DNA of 64,000 nucleotides. Source: Cyanophora paradoxa CCMP329. Its lineage: Eukaryota > Plantae > Glaucophyta. The stretch is taken from assembly GCA_004431415.1 (NCBI GenBank), contig QPMI01000039.1, positions 496,001 to 560,000 on the forward strand, written 5' to 3'. How positions within the stretch are numbered: position 1 is the stretch's first letter; every line of letters begins with the position of its first letter. Below are positions 13,301 through 23,900 of this stretch, piece by piece. The translations under genes and the position numbers were made by a program. The notes under the pieces are model-generated. The model made no database searches. It was not told the origin of the DNA and worked only from the letters and a program-made list of their open reading frames with translations.

Positions 13301-16300
13301 GGGGGACTGGAAGTTCCAATGGAGGGCCCCCCGGCGCCCCCGGTTCGCGATCGTGAGGCCCTGGGGTCGGGAGGGGTAAGGCGGGAGACACGTAAACCCG
13401 TACCCCCCCCCGGACCTGGGAGCAGGCGTCGCCGCGGGCGACCTCGAAGCGGACCTCGCTCCGGTCCAGCACGGGTACCCCCGTCGCCAGCGTCAGCGAG
13501 ACCTGAGGAGAGTCCTTAGAACCGCATAGAATTTCTAGGGAGGAGAGGGGGGTACCGGGACGGGGACGGGGGGCGCCCCCGGGTGGCCGTGGAGTTCCAA
13601 AGCGCCCTCGAGCTCGGTGGCGCCGGGGGGCAGGTCGCCCCGCAGGCCCTCCTCGGAGACTGTGACGACGAAGGCGGCGCGGCGGCCGGCGGGCAGCTCG
13701 GGGGGGCCCTCGCTGACAGAGAGCCAGCGCGGGCACGCCACCCGCAGCGGCGTCGTCCCCGTCCCCTCGTTCCGCACGCTAATCTCCGCCCTTAGAAGCG
13801 AGAAGCGATCAGCGGAAGTGCCGGCGAGGGGACGGGGGAAAGCGGAATCACTTCGCGCCGCCGCCCTCGTAGATGGCGAAGGAGATCGCCGGCGGCTCGG
13901 CGCGCAGCACGCCGGGGAGCGTCTCGGAGGAGACGGGGACGAGGGTCTCGCGGCCGGCCCCGACGATGCGGACGGCGGCGGCCCCCGAGCCCTCGCGCGA
14001 GAAGAGGCCCTTGAAGAACGAGGCGATGGCCTCGACGCCGCCGGGGCCCTCCTCCTCGCCGGCGGCGGGGCCGGCCATGGCGAGCACGAGCGTGTGGCGG
14101 GCGCCGGGGGGCAGCGAGCCGGCGAGGGGGCCCTCGCAGGAGACCCCGGGCGGCAGGCTCGCCTCCCAGTGCAGCGGCGCCCGGCCCCGGTTGCTCACCT
14201 GGAGACGCCTCAGCCGCACAGACTAGCCCAGCAAGCGAGCTAGCAAGCGGCTCGAGCACTCTATCTCGCCCCGACCAGCCCGGCGGGGCGGGGCGGGCGG
14301 ACCTCGAGCTCGCGGGCGGCGGAGCCGCGCTCGGGGAGGGCGAAGTGGAGCGCCGCCGGCTCCACCCCCAGCTGCCCTGCGCGGCGGAGGGGCGAGGCCG
14401 GGTCAGGCCGCGGGAGGAGGGAAGCGCGCGGGCGCTTTTCATAGGAGGTTTTGAAGGCACAGTCTCAAAGTCCGGCATCTAAGTTTCTTAGTCCGGTTTC
14501 AAAGTTTCTACGCGTATCTATGTTTCCAAGTCCGGCGCCCTCCAACGCGGGCGGGGCGCACCGGAGATGACGGAGACCTCGAAGGGGACGTCGACCTCGC
14601 GCCCGCCGCCGGCGACGCGGAGCATGAGGCCCGAGAGGAGCCCGCCCGCCGTCGGCCGGTGGCACGTTAGGTTCAGCCCCACGCGCTGCCGCCCCGCCGC
14701 GTCGGATCGGAGCGGAGTGGGTCTGGCCGGGGCGGGGCGGGGTGCGGGGACCTGGCCCGGGGCGAGGCGGCCGGCGCCGTAGTCGGCGGCGACGATCTCG
14801 GGGACGAGGAGGCGCCACTCCAGTACCCCCCGCCCCCCGTTCGCCACCTGCGAGGTTTGGTAGGGGCGGCGGGGGCGAAGGCGCGCTGGGGGGCACCGTG
14901 AGGCGACGGGAGCAGGCGCCGTCCTCGGGGACCTCGAAGAGCAGCTGGGGCGGGTCCACCTGCAGCACCCCTGCGCCAGGCGCTCAGAGGCGAAGGCGGG
15001 AGGGGCGGGGGCGGCAAGGCGGGCCCTGGAGGGAGGAGATGGTGCAGGGGATCTCGCGGCGGTACCCCCCGCCGCTCACGACCACCGAGGCGCGCCGCGT
15101 GCCGAAGCCCTCGGGCTGCCGCGGCGCCCGTACCTGGCCCCCGGGCCCCGGGACAGGTCAGCGCGGCGCTCTGATCCCGCTCCTGCCCGCTGCGGCTGCG
15201 CCCACCTCGATGCAGGCCGCCTGCCTTGCCTCCAGCGTGCCCCCGCGCTCGTCGGCCTCGAGGTACTGCGTCCTCGCCCCCGGCGGGGCCCTGCCGCGGG
15301 GAGCACGGTGAGACGCGAGAGGGGTGGGGAGGAAGGGAGGACCGGTACCGGTCCCGGGGGTCGGCCGGCCCCATCTCCAGGCGCCACGTCATCGCCCCGG
15401 CGCCGCTGCGGGAGGGTACGCGTTGGACGAGCTCGACAGCCTGTGCGGGAGGGGTACGCACGCGTTGCGGATGGAGAGCTGGCGGCGGCACTGGCCGAGC
15501 TCGGGCACCTCGAAGACCAGCTCCGCCGGCTCGATCTCCAGCACCCCGGGCACCACCCGGACCGAGACGGGCAGCGCCGCCGGCGCCTCCCCGCCCGTGA
15601 TCTCGAGCGCCCCCCGCACGTCTCCCGCCGTAGTGCAGTGCACGGTCAGGTGCACCGTCTGCCACGCCCCGCACTCCAGGTACCCCTGCCGCGGCTCCGC
15701 CGTGCGGATCCAGTGCGGGTGGTCGGCGGCCCAGAGCATCGGGCCCCGCCCCTGGTTCCAGATCTTGAATGAGGCCGTTGCGTACCCCCCCTCCGGGGCC
15801 GTCAGCTGGATCGCCTTCGGCTCGAACGTGCACTGACCTGCGGCGAAGGCGGATCGTGCCGCGTACCCCGGCGCCCGGCGGGGGCGGGGATCCGATCGCG
15901 TACCCAGTGGCAGGTTGAGCCCGTTCCGCTCGTTGAAGATGGTCGCGACGAACGCGAGGTTCAGGCGCTCGTTCCCCTGCGCCCCGGGTGAGCCCCTACC
16001 CCCCCCCCCGCCCGGGGGGTACGGCGCACGGCGACGATGGTCTCCTTCTTGACGAAGCGGCGGCAGCCGATCTTGTCCGCCTGCACCAGCACCGCGGCCG
16101 CCCGGTCCACCAGGCTCCGGTTCTGCAGCCGGCGGGTCAGCGCGGGCGGCCCGAGCGGGCGGCCCGTGCTGGCGGGCGGGCGGGGCGGGGGCGCCTGCAG
16201 GGGACTCATGTCGCAGCCGTCGAAGCGCCCGACCTGGTACAGCAGGTGCGTGTACACCTCCGAGTCCTGGGTACAGCGTGAGGCAGCGGGGGCGCGGGTG

Positions 16301-17573
16301 GGAGGGGTATGCGGGGCGCCGGGCGCGCCTTGATGTCGCTGCCGAAGTTGGAGACGCGGCGGCTCGTGTCCGAGTTCGCGAGATGGTCTGCGTCGCAGGG
16401 GCGCGTCGGCGGGGCCGGGAACGCGAGAGATGAGAAGGGCGGCGGGGCGCACAGTTGACCCAGCGGAGGAGGAGGTCGTAGGGGGGCAGGTGCTGCAGGT
16501 CCTCGATCGTCTCGCCCCGCTCCAGCAGCTTCCGCAGCTCTGCGGGGGCGCCTCGGCGGGCGGCGGAGGAGGCGGGTGGGCGGGCGGGGGGCCGGCCAGC
16601 ACCGGGCTGGCGGTTCAGCGAGATGCTGGAGAGCAGGCCGCGCTGCGGGGGTAGGGGGAGATAAGGGGTGGGGGGGGGAGCAGTGGGGGGTACCGACCTC
16701 CAGGACCTGCCAGAGCATAGAGAGGATGAGGGTCTTGCTCCCTGTGTGCGGGTGAGGCCGCGGAGGCGGCTGCGGGGCGCCCGGGCGGCCGCGGGGCTCG
16801 GGGCACCGTCGGCGATGTCGGCGCCAGAGATGTTGACGAGCTGGCAGCCGATGGAGCGGGCCTGCGGCGCGCTCGGCGCGGCACGGACCGCAGCCTAGAC
16901 CCCGCGCACCTTCTCGATGATGGCGTTCAGGTTGTTCACCTGCTGGATGCGCCTCGTCTGCCGCCCGGCGTCAGCTCCGAGCCTGCGGGGGGGCGCGAGG
17001 GGCGGCGGGGGGCGGACCTGGCCCTTCATGGAGCGGACCTGCTCCGCCGTGAAGGCCCCCGGCGAGGCGCGGTTCAGGAGCTTGCTGCGCCGCCCCCGCG
17101 CTCGCAACGGACGCGGATCAAATCCGGGGCGGGCGGGGCGGCCCGCGGCGCACCACCAGACGTAGGGCTCGACGAGGAGCGTGAAGAGCTGGTCCGGGGC
17201 GAGCGGCACGTACGAGCCGATGTCCGCGTCGTCCTGGAACGACTTGTTGAACCACTCGAGGTACGCTGCGGCCCGCAACGCGTCTCGACGGGCGGAGCGG
17301 CCGGAGCGAGCGAGCGGCGGCGCACCGGCCTCCTCCTCAGGATCCACCGTGTGCATGCCGCTCGCACCGGCGACCTGCCGAACGCGCATCTCAGCGGGCG
17401 CCGGGTGTACGCCGCGGGGACCAAGCGGCCAGCTCAGAGGCCAGGGCCGCCACGTGCGCCGCCTTTGAGCTGCATCGCAAGGAGGAACGCACTCTGTAGC
17501 CCTGAGCATCGAGCGCGTTCACTTTGCGCGTGGAGCCGAAGACAGGCGCTGGCGCCCGCCCGAACGACGCCAT
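7396..17573 (-). CDS. Large multi-exon protein: fimbrin/plastin-type ABD (CH1-CH2) + about ten Ig-like (ASH/PapD/BACON-like) repeats + VWA domain + low-complexity C-terminus
   Basis: N-terminus MASFGRAP...MHTVDPEEEAAYLEWFNKSFQDD...NNLNAIIEKARSIGCQLVNISGADIADG...LLRWVNYHLANS..RRVSNFGSDIKDSEVYTHLLYQV...ADKIGCRRFV...GNERLNLAFVATIFN matches fimbrin ABD1. Repeats of xxPxxLxFxV...N-x-G span 15836-11380. VWA motifs: LLVLVIDRSNSM (~10080), GNTDFG (~9440), VAFMTDG (~9150), VHAIGF (~8870). Continuity as one gene is inferred from the lack of an intergenic gap. Confidence 0.7.
12377..12420. repeat. 12-bp intronic minisatellite (agaaagctcaga)n
   Basis: Three to four near-perfect units read directly. Confidence 0.8.
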
Positions 17574-17893
17574 GGCCGGCCTGGAACCGCTCGCCGCTCC
17601 TCGAGAGAGCTGCTAGCTAGGTTCGGAATCCCTCTGGATGGTCGTGCCGCCACGATGGGCCTCCGAACTCCCAGCGGTCTGCCGTCACACTGCTCGCCGA
17701 TCCTAGCGCTTCTGCGGCACTCTGCTATGCGTGCAGCGCTCTGGGACACGTGCTGGCGCCGCTCGACCAGCGACGACCAGTGGACCACTTCGCCCCGGGT
17801 ACAGGGGAGCCCGGTTGGACATCGAGCGCGTCTCGTTCGATCGCAGCGCTAGCGGCTCCGGAGCGCGGCAGGTTGCATGCGCGCTGCACCCAG
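17574..17893. promoter_or_regulatory. Putative bidirectional promoter between the CH/Ig/VWA gene and ALG3 (copies at 27878-28178 and 37838-38158)
   Basis: ~320 bp between divergent start codons; retained in all three copies. Confidence 0.5.
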
Positions 17894-18590
17894 ATGGCGA
17901 AGGCGGCGGTTGGGGCGCCCGCGGCTCGGCTCGCGGGGCTCGGCTGGCGGACGTGGTGGCTGCTGCTGGATACGTCCTGAACGTCGGCTTCGCGATCCAC
18001 GGGCCTTTCCATGCGATCGACTGGTCCGCGTCGGGCTCGGGCCGCCTGCGGGCCGCGCAGTGCTAATCTGCGCCGGCGCCTCGCGCCGCGCTCGCAGGTG
18101 GGCCTACATGGACCAGGTCGATCACATCGTCAGTGGAGAGCGCGACTACGAGGCCATCGAGGGCCGCACGGGGTCCGCGCCAGCTGCAGCGCGCGCGCGC
18201 TCGAATTTCGAACCCGACGCGAGCGCTCCCGCCAGGCCGCTGGTGTATCCGGGCGGGCACGTGTGGATTCACATCGTGCTGCATTACATCTCCGACGGCG
18301 GGCGGCGATTCGCGCTGCTGCAGGCGCTCGCTCTACGGCGTGCTGCAGGTCCGCTCTGCGCATGCAGCTGCAGCTGCTCATGCGATCGGCCGCGGCCCCA
18401 CACGGCGGTGCAGGCGCTGAACGCGTGGCTTGTCTCCGGCAATGTTTCGGCTCGCGCCCGTGGCTGCTGTCCGGGACGCGTGAACGTTTAACGGTCTCTT
18501 TAACGACTGCCGGCCGGCCCGCCCCGGCCCGGCCCGCCCCGGCCCCGCCCCCCCGCCCGCGGACGCCGACGCCGCCGCAGGCTCCACGCG
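17894..18590 (+). pseudogene. ALG3: ALG3-like 5' fragment with frameshift and deletions, fused to a GCP3 3' fragment
   Basis: WAYMDQVDHIVSGERDYEAIEGRTG/PLVYPGGHVW motifs. ggatacgtcc here versus ggatatcgtcc in the full copy gives a -1 frameshift. Internal deletions near 18440-18490; homology ends after the FNDC exon. Confidence 0.85.
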
Positions 18591-18599
18591 ACCCCGCGA

Positions 18600-19280
18600 G
18601 GCGGGAGCTAGCCGCTGACGCGCGGCGGCGCAGGCGTACGAGCGGTCCCTCGCCGTCAGTTCCCCGCCCCGTATCGCCTCCGACGAGGCCGAGAAGGTCT
18701 GTACCCCCCTCTCTCCTTCGTTCTTCGGCCGAGCGGATGCGCAGTACTACGACGGGGAGGGCGGGGGCCTGGGCCCCTCCATCCGCGAGCACATCCCCTC
18801 CAACGTCGTCCCCGCCATCGTCCAGGCGCGTACCCCCCCCTCCCGCCCCGCCCCGCGTACCCCGGGCCGACGCCGGCGTCGCTCGCAGGCGCAGGCGGAG
18901 TACGCGCAGGGGATGGCGAACCTGCTGGGGATGCTGGCGGGGCCGGCGGGCGGGGCGGGCGGGGCGGGGGGCGCGGGGGGCGCGGGGGTGCACGAGGGGG
19001 CGCTGGGCTTCCAGGGCTTCATCTTCCGCCTCGATTTCAACGAGCACTACCAGGCCAAGCTCCGCCCCGCCGCCAGCGGAGCAGCGAGCGCAGCTGCCGC
19101 CCCGTCCACGCCCGCGGCTCCGGCGGGGCCGCGGCCGCCCCGCCCCGAGGGCAGGGCCCCGCGGCGGCGGCGGCGGCGGCTCCAGCGGCGGCGGCGGCGA
19201 CGGGCGCGGGAGGGCGGCAGGCGCTGCGGCAGTCGCTTCAGAGCCAGATGCCGGCCGGGCTCGCCCGACGCCACGAGTAG
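18600..19280 (+). pseudogene. TUBGCP3: GCP3 3'-terminal fragment (last exons)
   Basis: Inverted near-copy of ~47127-47800; encodes GFQGFIFRLDFNEHYQAKL. Confidence 0.85.
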
Positions 19281-19359
19281 CCCGCGGGGCGGGCCCCGCG
19301 CGCGCCCCCGGACCGCCGCCCGTAGAGCTAGCCGCGCTCGTGTCGGAATAGATGTGTAG

Positions 19360-20587
19360 CCGCCTTTTGCGCGGCTGCGTCCCCGCTGGCTCTCACGCGC
19401 GCCGCCGTTTCTCTTTCCTTCTTATTCCAAAGCTCCCTCGCCGCCGCGATCTACCCCCTCGCCCCCCCTTCGCGTCCTTCGCAATTTGATCTGAGCCGGG
19501 CTGTGCCTTCGTTCCCCTCCCAGTCTCCCGATTCCAACCGCCCCTCCCCTTCTTCCCCGCACGGGGTCCCCCAATCGTTTCCACTGTCTTAGAGAACCGG
19601 TTGAACTGTCTCTGTTTCGCAACTTCCAATTCTTTGACTGGGGTCCGCTGTCTTAGAGAACTAGTTTCTTAGAGGTGATCATCGGATCGCACTCGGAATT
19701 GTCTGTACTTTCAGAACTCTCCGAGTCTTTATGTGGTCTTAGCGCGACCGCCCCGCAGTTTCCGATCGACCGCTTACGCTTCTCCTCTCTTCTGGTTCGC
19801 GTTGACCGCTCTTCGGAACTCGCGAATTTCGTTCTTGTCTTCGGGACTTTTCGCGCCTTTGATTTGATCCGCCAACTTGAACCGGACTTTCAAGTTGACG
19901 GGTTTCTTTTTTCGCTATTCGGAGCTTTCCGTCCGTGACTTGGCTCACATGAGGCGTGACTTGACCCGTCAGAACTGGTCCCGGAGGCTGTCGGAGCTTT
20001 GGTCCTCAGAACCGGTTCATTTTCGGTGCTTTTTTTCCTCGCTTTTTCTCTTTTTTATTCGTTCGACCCCTGTCAGTTGTGGTCCACTCGCGCCGGTTCG
20101 TTCGCGGTCAGCTCGCGCGTCGAGCCAGCTCTTTAGATCTGCAGCCGCTATGATCCGTGCGCTCTGGTTATCGACACTATCGAGACTCGAGAGCGTTTCG
20201 CGCCGCCAGCAGCGGACTCGGAAGTCATACCGGAGGCAGACCAGAACCAGCTGCGAGTCCGGTCAGCGGGCCCTACAAGAGCGCGCGGCCTCGCCCCGCC
20301 GCCGCAGTTCGCTGATCTCGGATCGCTGCTCTCAAGGTCCGTCCCGCCCGCCGGCCAAGGCCGACCTCTGCGCACGCGTAGCCCAGGCCAAGCCTCGCCG
20401 CGGCTTTGCAGCTGCCAAGTTTGCCGCCGATGGCGACGGCGCCTTCCGCTGACCGCGCGCGCCGCCGCCGCAGTTCGTCTTCAAACCCGTTCGTTCGTGC
20501 GAAGCCGCTCTTGAACGTGCGAACGGATGCGCGGGCCGCCGGCGCCGGCGGGCGGGGCGCTGACGGGGCGTGCGCCGCGCGCACAGC
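19360..20587 (+). promoter_or_regulatory. Upstream region and intron-containing 5' UTR of the Cys-rich gene, present in three copies (also ~35102-36420 and ~45753-47056)
   Basis: Blocks such as cgtgacttgacccgtcagaactggtc...gaaccggttcattttcgg...gctttttctcttttttattcgttcgacccc are near-identical in all copies. Two canonical introns precede ATG 20588, with an in-frame TGA upstream of the ATG. Confidence 0.6.
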
Positions 20588-20937
20588 ATGTCGACCGAGA
20601 CCGAGGCCGCCCCCGCGACCCTTCCCGAGGTCCTCCTCGCCCCCGTGCGCCCCCGCTCCGCCCCGCGCCCTCCGCCCGCCCCCGCCCTCACGCGCGCGCT
20701 CTGCCGAGCGCAGGAGGCCACCGCCGCTGAGCCCGCGATCGCCGCGGTGCGCCGCCGCGGGCCTCGCTGCACACCCGTCCGCAGCCTCTTGACCGCCGCC
20801 CGCGGCCGCAGGAACCGGAGCCGGAGGCGCCGGTGCCGGCGGACGAGCTGCTCGTCGAGATCCTCGGCAACCACAGCGACGTGCGCGCGCCGGCCGCGCC
20901 CCTCGAGAGCTCGCGCTGCCGCCTCATGCTGCTGGCA

Positions 20938-20970
<33 letters not shown>

Positions 20971-23900
20971 TAACGGCGGCGACGGGGGGAACGGCGGGAA
21001 CGGCGGGGACAACAACCCGGGCGGCCCGTGCGCCGTCGTCGCCGGCGACCTGCCCGGCTACGAGGACCTCGAGTCGCCGTGCGCCGCCGCCGCGGCCGCC
21101 CCCGCCACCGCCACCGCCGCCCAACGATTTCGCCGACGCGGTCGGGCGGGCGGCGGCGGGGGCAGGGTGGCGCGGCTGGCGTACACGATGCAGTTCGCGG
21201 TGACGCCGGCGCTGCTGGAGCCGGTCCTCCTGGGTCTCGGCTACGACCTGGCGGGCGTGGACGAGGAGCAGATCGTCTACAACATCCAGGGCGACGCCAG
21301 CGACTGGAACGCCGTCTTCGGCCCGGGCGGGCCCTCCAACTTCCTCAACGAGGACGACGCAAGCCGCCCCGCCCCGCCCTCCGGCCCCCGCCCGCCCGCC
21401 GCCGATCGTGACGCGCCGGCCGGGGCGCAGCTGACGGAGTTCCTCGAGCGCCCCGAGGCGCGCTTCGCGTGGGAGGAGAATCCCCGCTTCGACACGGCCC
21501 GCGAGATGGCGCAGGCCGTCATCGCCGTCTACGACGGTGCCCAGCCGCCCGCCGCCGACTCGAGCTCGCGCCTTCCGCGGCCTCCGGATCCGCTCAACCC
21601 CGCTCGCAGGCCAGACGCTCCAGTTCAACGGCACTTACGCGAACTACCAGGGCAGCGCCCCGGACTGCCTCCTCCACATCGCCGAGTGGCGCGCCCTCCC
21701 GACGCCGGGCCGCCGGCGCGCCGGCCCCGCAGCTGACGGCCGCGCAGGCGCAACTGCGGCTCGAAGCCCTTCGCCGAGCCTGAGTGCAAGGAGACTCCGG
21801 ACCCGGAGCCGCCGGTCGACCCCAAGGACCCCTGGTGCGCCGCCGTGCTTGTCCGCGTCGCCCGCCTGTGCGTGCTGACGCCGGGGCCCGGCGCGCAGCG
21901 ACTTCTGCTCGGAGGGGTGCGAGAAGGGCGACCTGAAGCAGGTGGACTGTCCGTGCCCCGCGGAGCACGAGTACACGCACGGCTCGCTCGAGGCCAACGC
22001 GAAGATCATCGCTGGCGGCGAGGACGGCTGCTGCACCGAGGCCCGCCCGCCCCGCCGGCCCGCACGGGCAGGGCCTCAGGCATCTGACCTGCGGTGCGCG
22101 CGCAGGCGAAGGAGCTGCTGGCGGAGATCACGCAGGACCGCTGCCAGACGACGCCCTGCTCCGAGCCCGACGGTGTCAAGGTCTACGAGGCCGAGTACAA
22201 GCGGCCCTTCAAGGGTGCCCCCGCCCGCCCCGCCCCGCCCCGCCTGCGCCGCTCCGCACCCGCCGACGGGCCGCAGTGATCGGCGAGGTGAAGGACTGCG
22301 GGGAGAAGAAGTTCTACGGTGACGCCCTCTACACCAACGAGGCCGAGCGCTGCGGCACCGTCGGGTGCGCGGGGCGGCGCCTGGCCGGCCGCCCCGCCTC
22401 TTGACGGCGGCGCGCAGGGCCACGCAGAAGTTCAAGATCACCGGGACGGACTACAAGGTGGTGGACTACAAGGAGACGGGCACGATCGAGACGACGCAGC
22501 AGGTCGAGACCGACAAGGTCTACTTCGGCAAGACCAAGGTCTTCTGTGCGCGGTTCCCGCCTCCCGTCTTCCGTCCGGGGCGCCCCTGAGCGGCCGCTGC
22601 AGACGACAAGACGCCGATCCTGAAGGAGCTCGACTGCCCCGAGTACAAGGTGCGCCCCGCCCGCCCGCCCGCGGCCGCCGCGTGCCCGTCGCGGCGCCGA
22701 GCGCCCCCGCCGCAGTTCGGGGACCTGCACTTCGCGGCGACCTGCGAGCCGAAGATTGACTACGAGAGCGTGGTCATCCCGGAGCCGGGCAAGTGCGACC
22801 CCGTCGACAAGTACTACTGCCACGTCGGCCCGTGCGAGGACCTCACCGTCTGCAACGTCGACCTCGAGGTCTGCCCGCACGACGAGGAGTGCTGCGAGAG
22901 CGACTTCAAGACCCCCTGCGAGCTGCCCAAGTGCGCCGGCGCCCCGCCGGCCGCCCGCCCCGCCCCGCCACACCGGCCGCCGCCGACTGTGCGCAGGATC
23001 GCGCTGCACGGGTGCGAGCAGCTGGCGACGCTGCCGCGCGTGTGCGAGGAGCAGCTGCCGTGCGGCTTCAAGGAGGCGCTGGAGTGCGGCGGCTGGAGCC
23101 TCGAGGACGTCTTCGAGGCGAAGCCCTTCCACGCGTGCACCGAGCAGACCGTCCACGTCGACAAGTGCCTCAACGTGACGATCGCCGAGCAGCCCTACAA
23201 GCTCACCTACACGGTCCGCCGAGCCCTCGGGGCGGGCGCGCCGGCTCCTGCCGCTCTGCGCTCACGGGGCGCCCGGCGAGCAGACGAAGCAGCCGGTCGA
23301 CTGGAAGGCTTACGTGGAGAAGCATGGCCACGCGGACTGGACGCAGGAGGGCAAGGCCTGGGTGCGCGCGGCGCCCTCCCCGCCTGCCCCGGGGCCCGGC
23401 CCGGCCACAGCTGAGGCGCGCCGGACCGCAGGCCGAGGGCTGCTACAAGCAGTACAACGACGTCAAGATCAAGGGCTACTTGTGCGCCCTCCCCGCCCCC
23501 CAGCGCAACTGGGACGCGGGCCGGCCTGACGGGCGGGCAGCATCAAACCGGCGCTGGAGACAGGCACCATCAAGACCTACGTCTTCCAGAAGCCCGACGC
23601 GCCGAACGAGCCGTGCGAGAAGTACGTGCCCGGCGACTGCTGCGAGAACGAGGTGCGCCCCCGGCGCAGGGCGCGGGGCTGCCTCGCGCGGCTCCGCCCA
23701 CGCCGACGCTGCGGGCGCAGGTGAAGCCGTGCGGAGAGGTGCGCTTCTGCGACTACAACTTCGACAACGCCAAGTGGAAGGAGGCGGACGAGCACGGCTG
23801 CAAGAAGCAGTGCACCTTCAACGTCTGCGAGGACGTGCACAACAAGCACACCGAGTGCACGCCCACCGGCGTCATCGAGTTGTGCGTCCGCCGCCCCACG

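Noticed and set aside
20881-21830. Recombinase-driven shufflon or DGR-type cassette switching
   Set aside because: No recombinase or reverse transcriptase and no short recombination sites seen in the window; only homology-based exchange is supportable.
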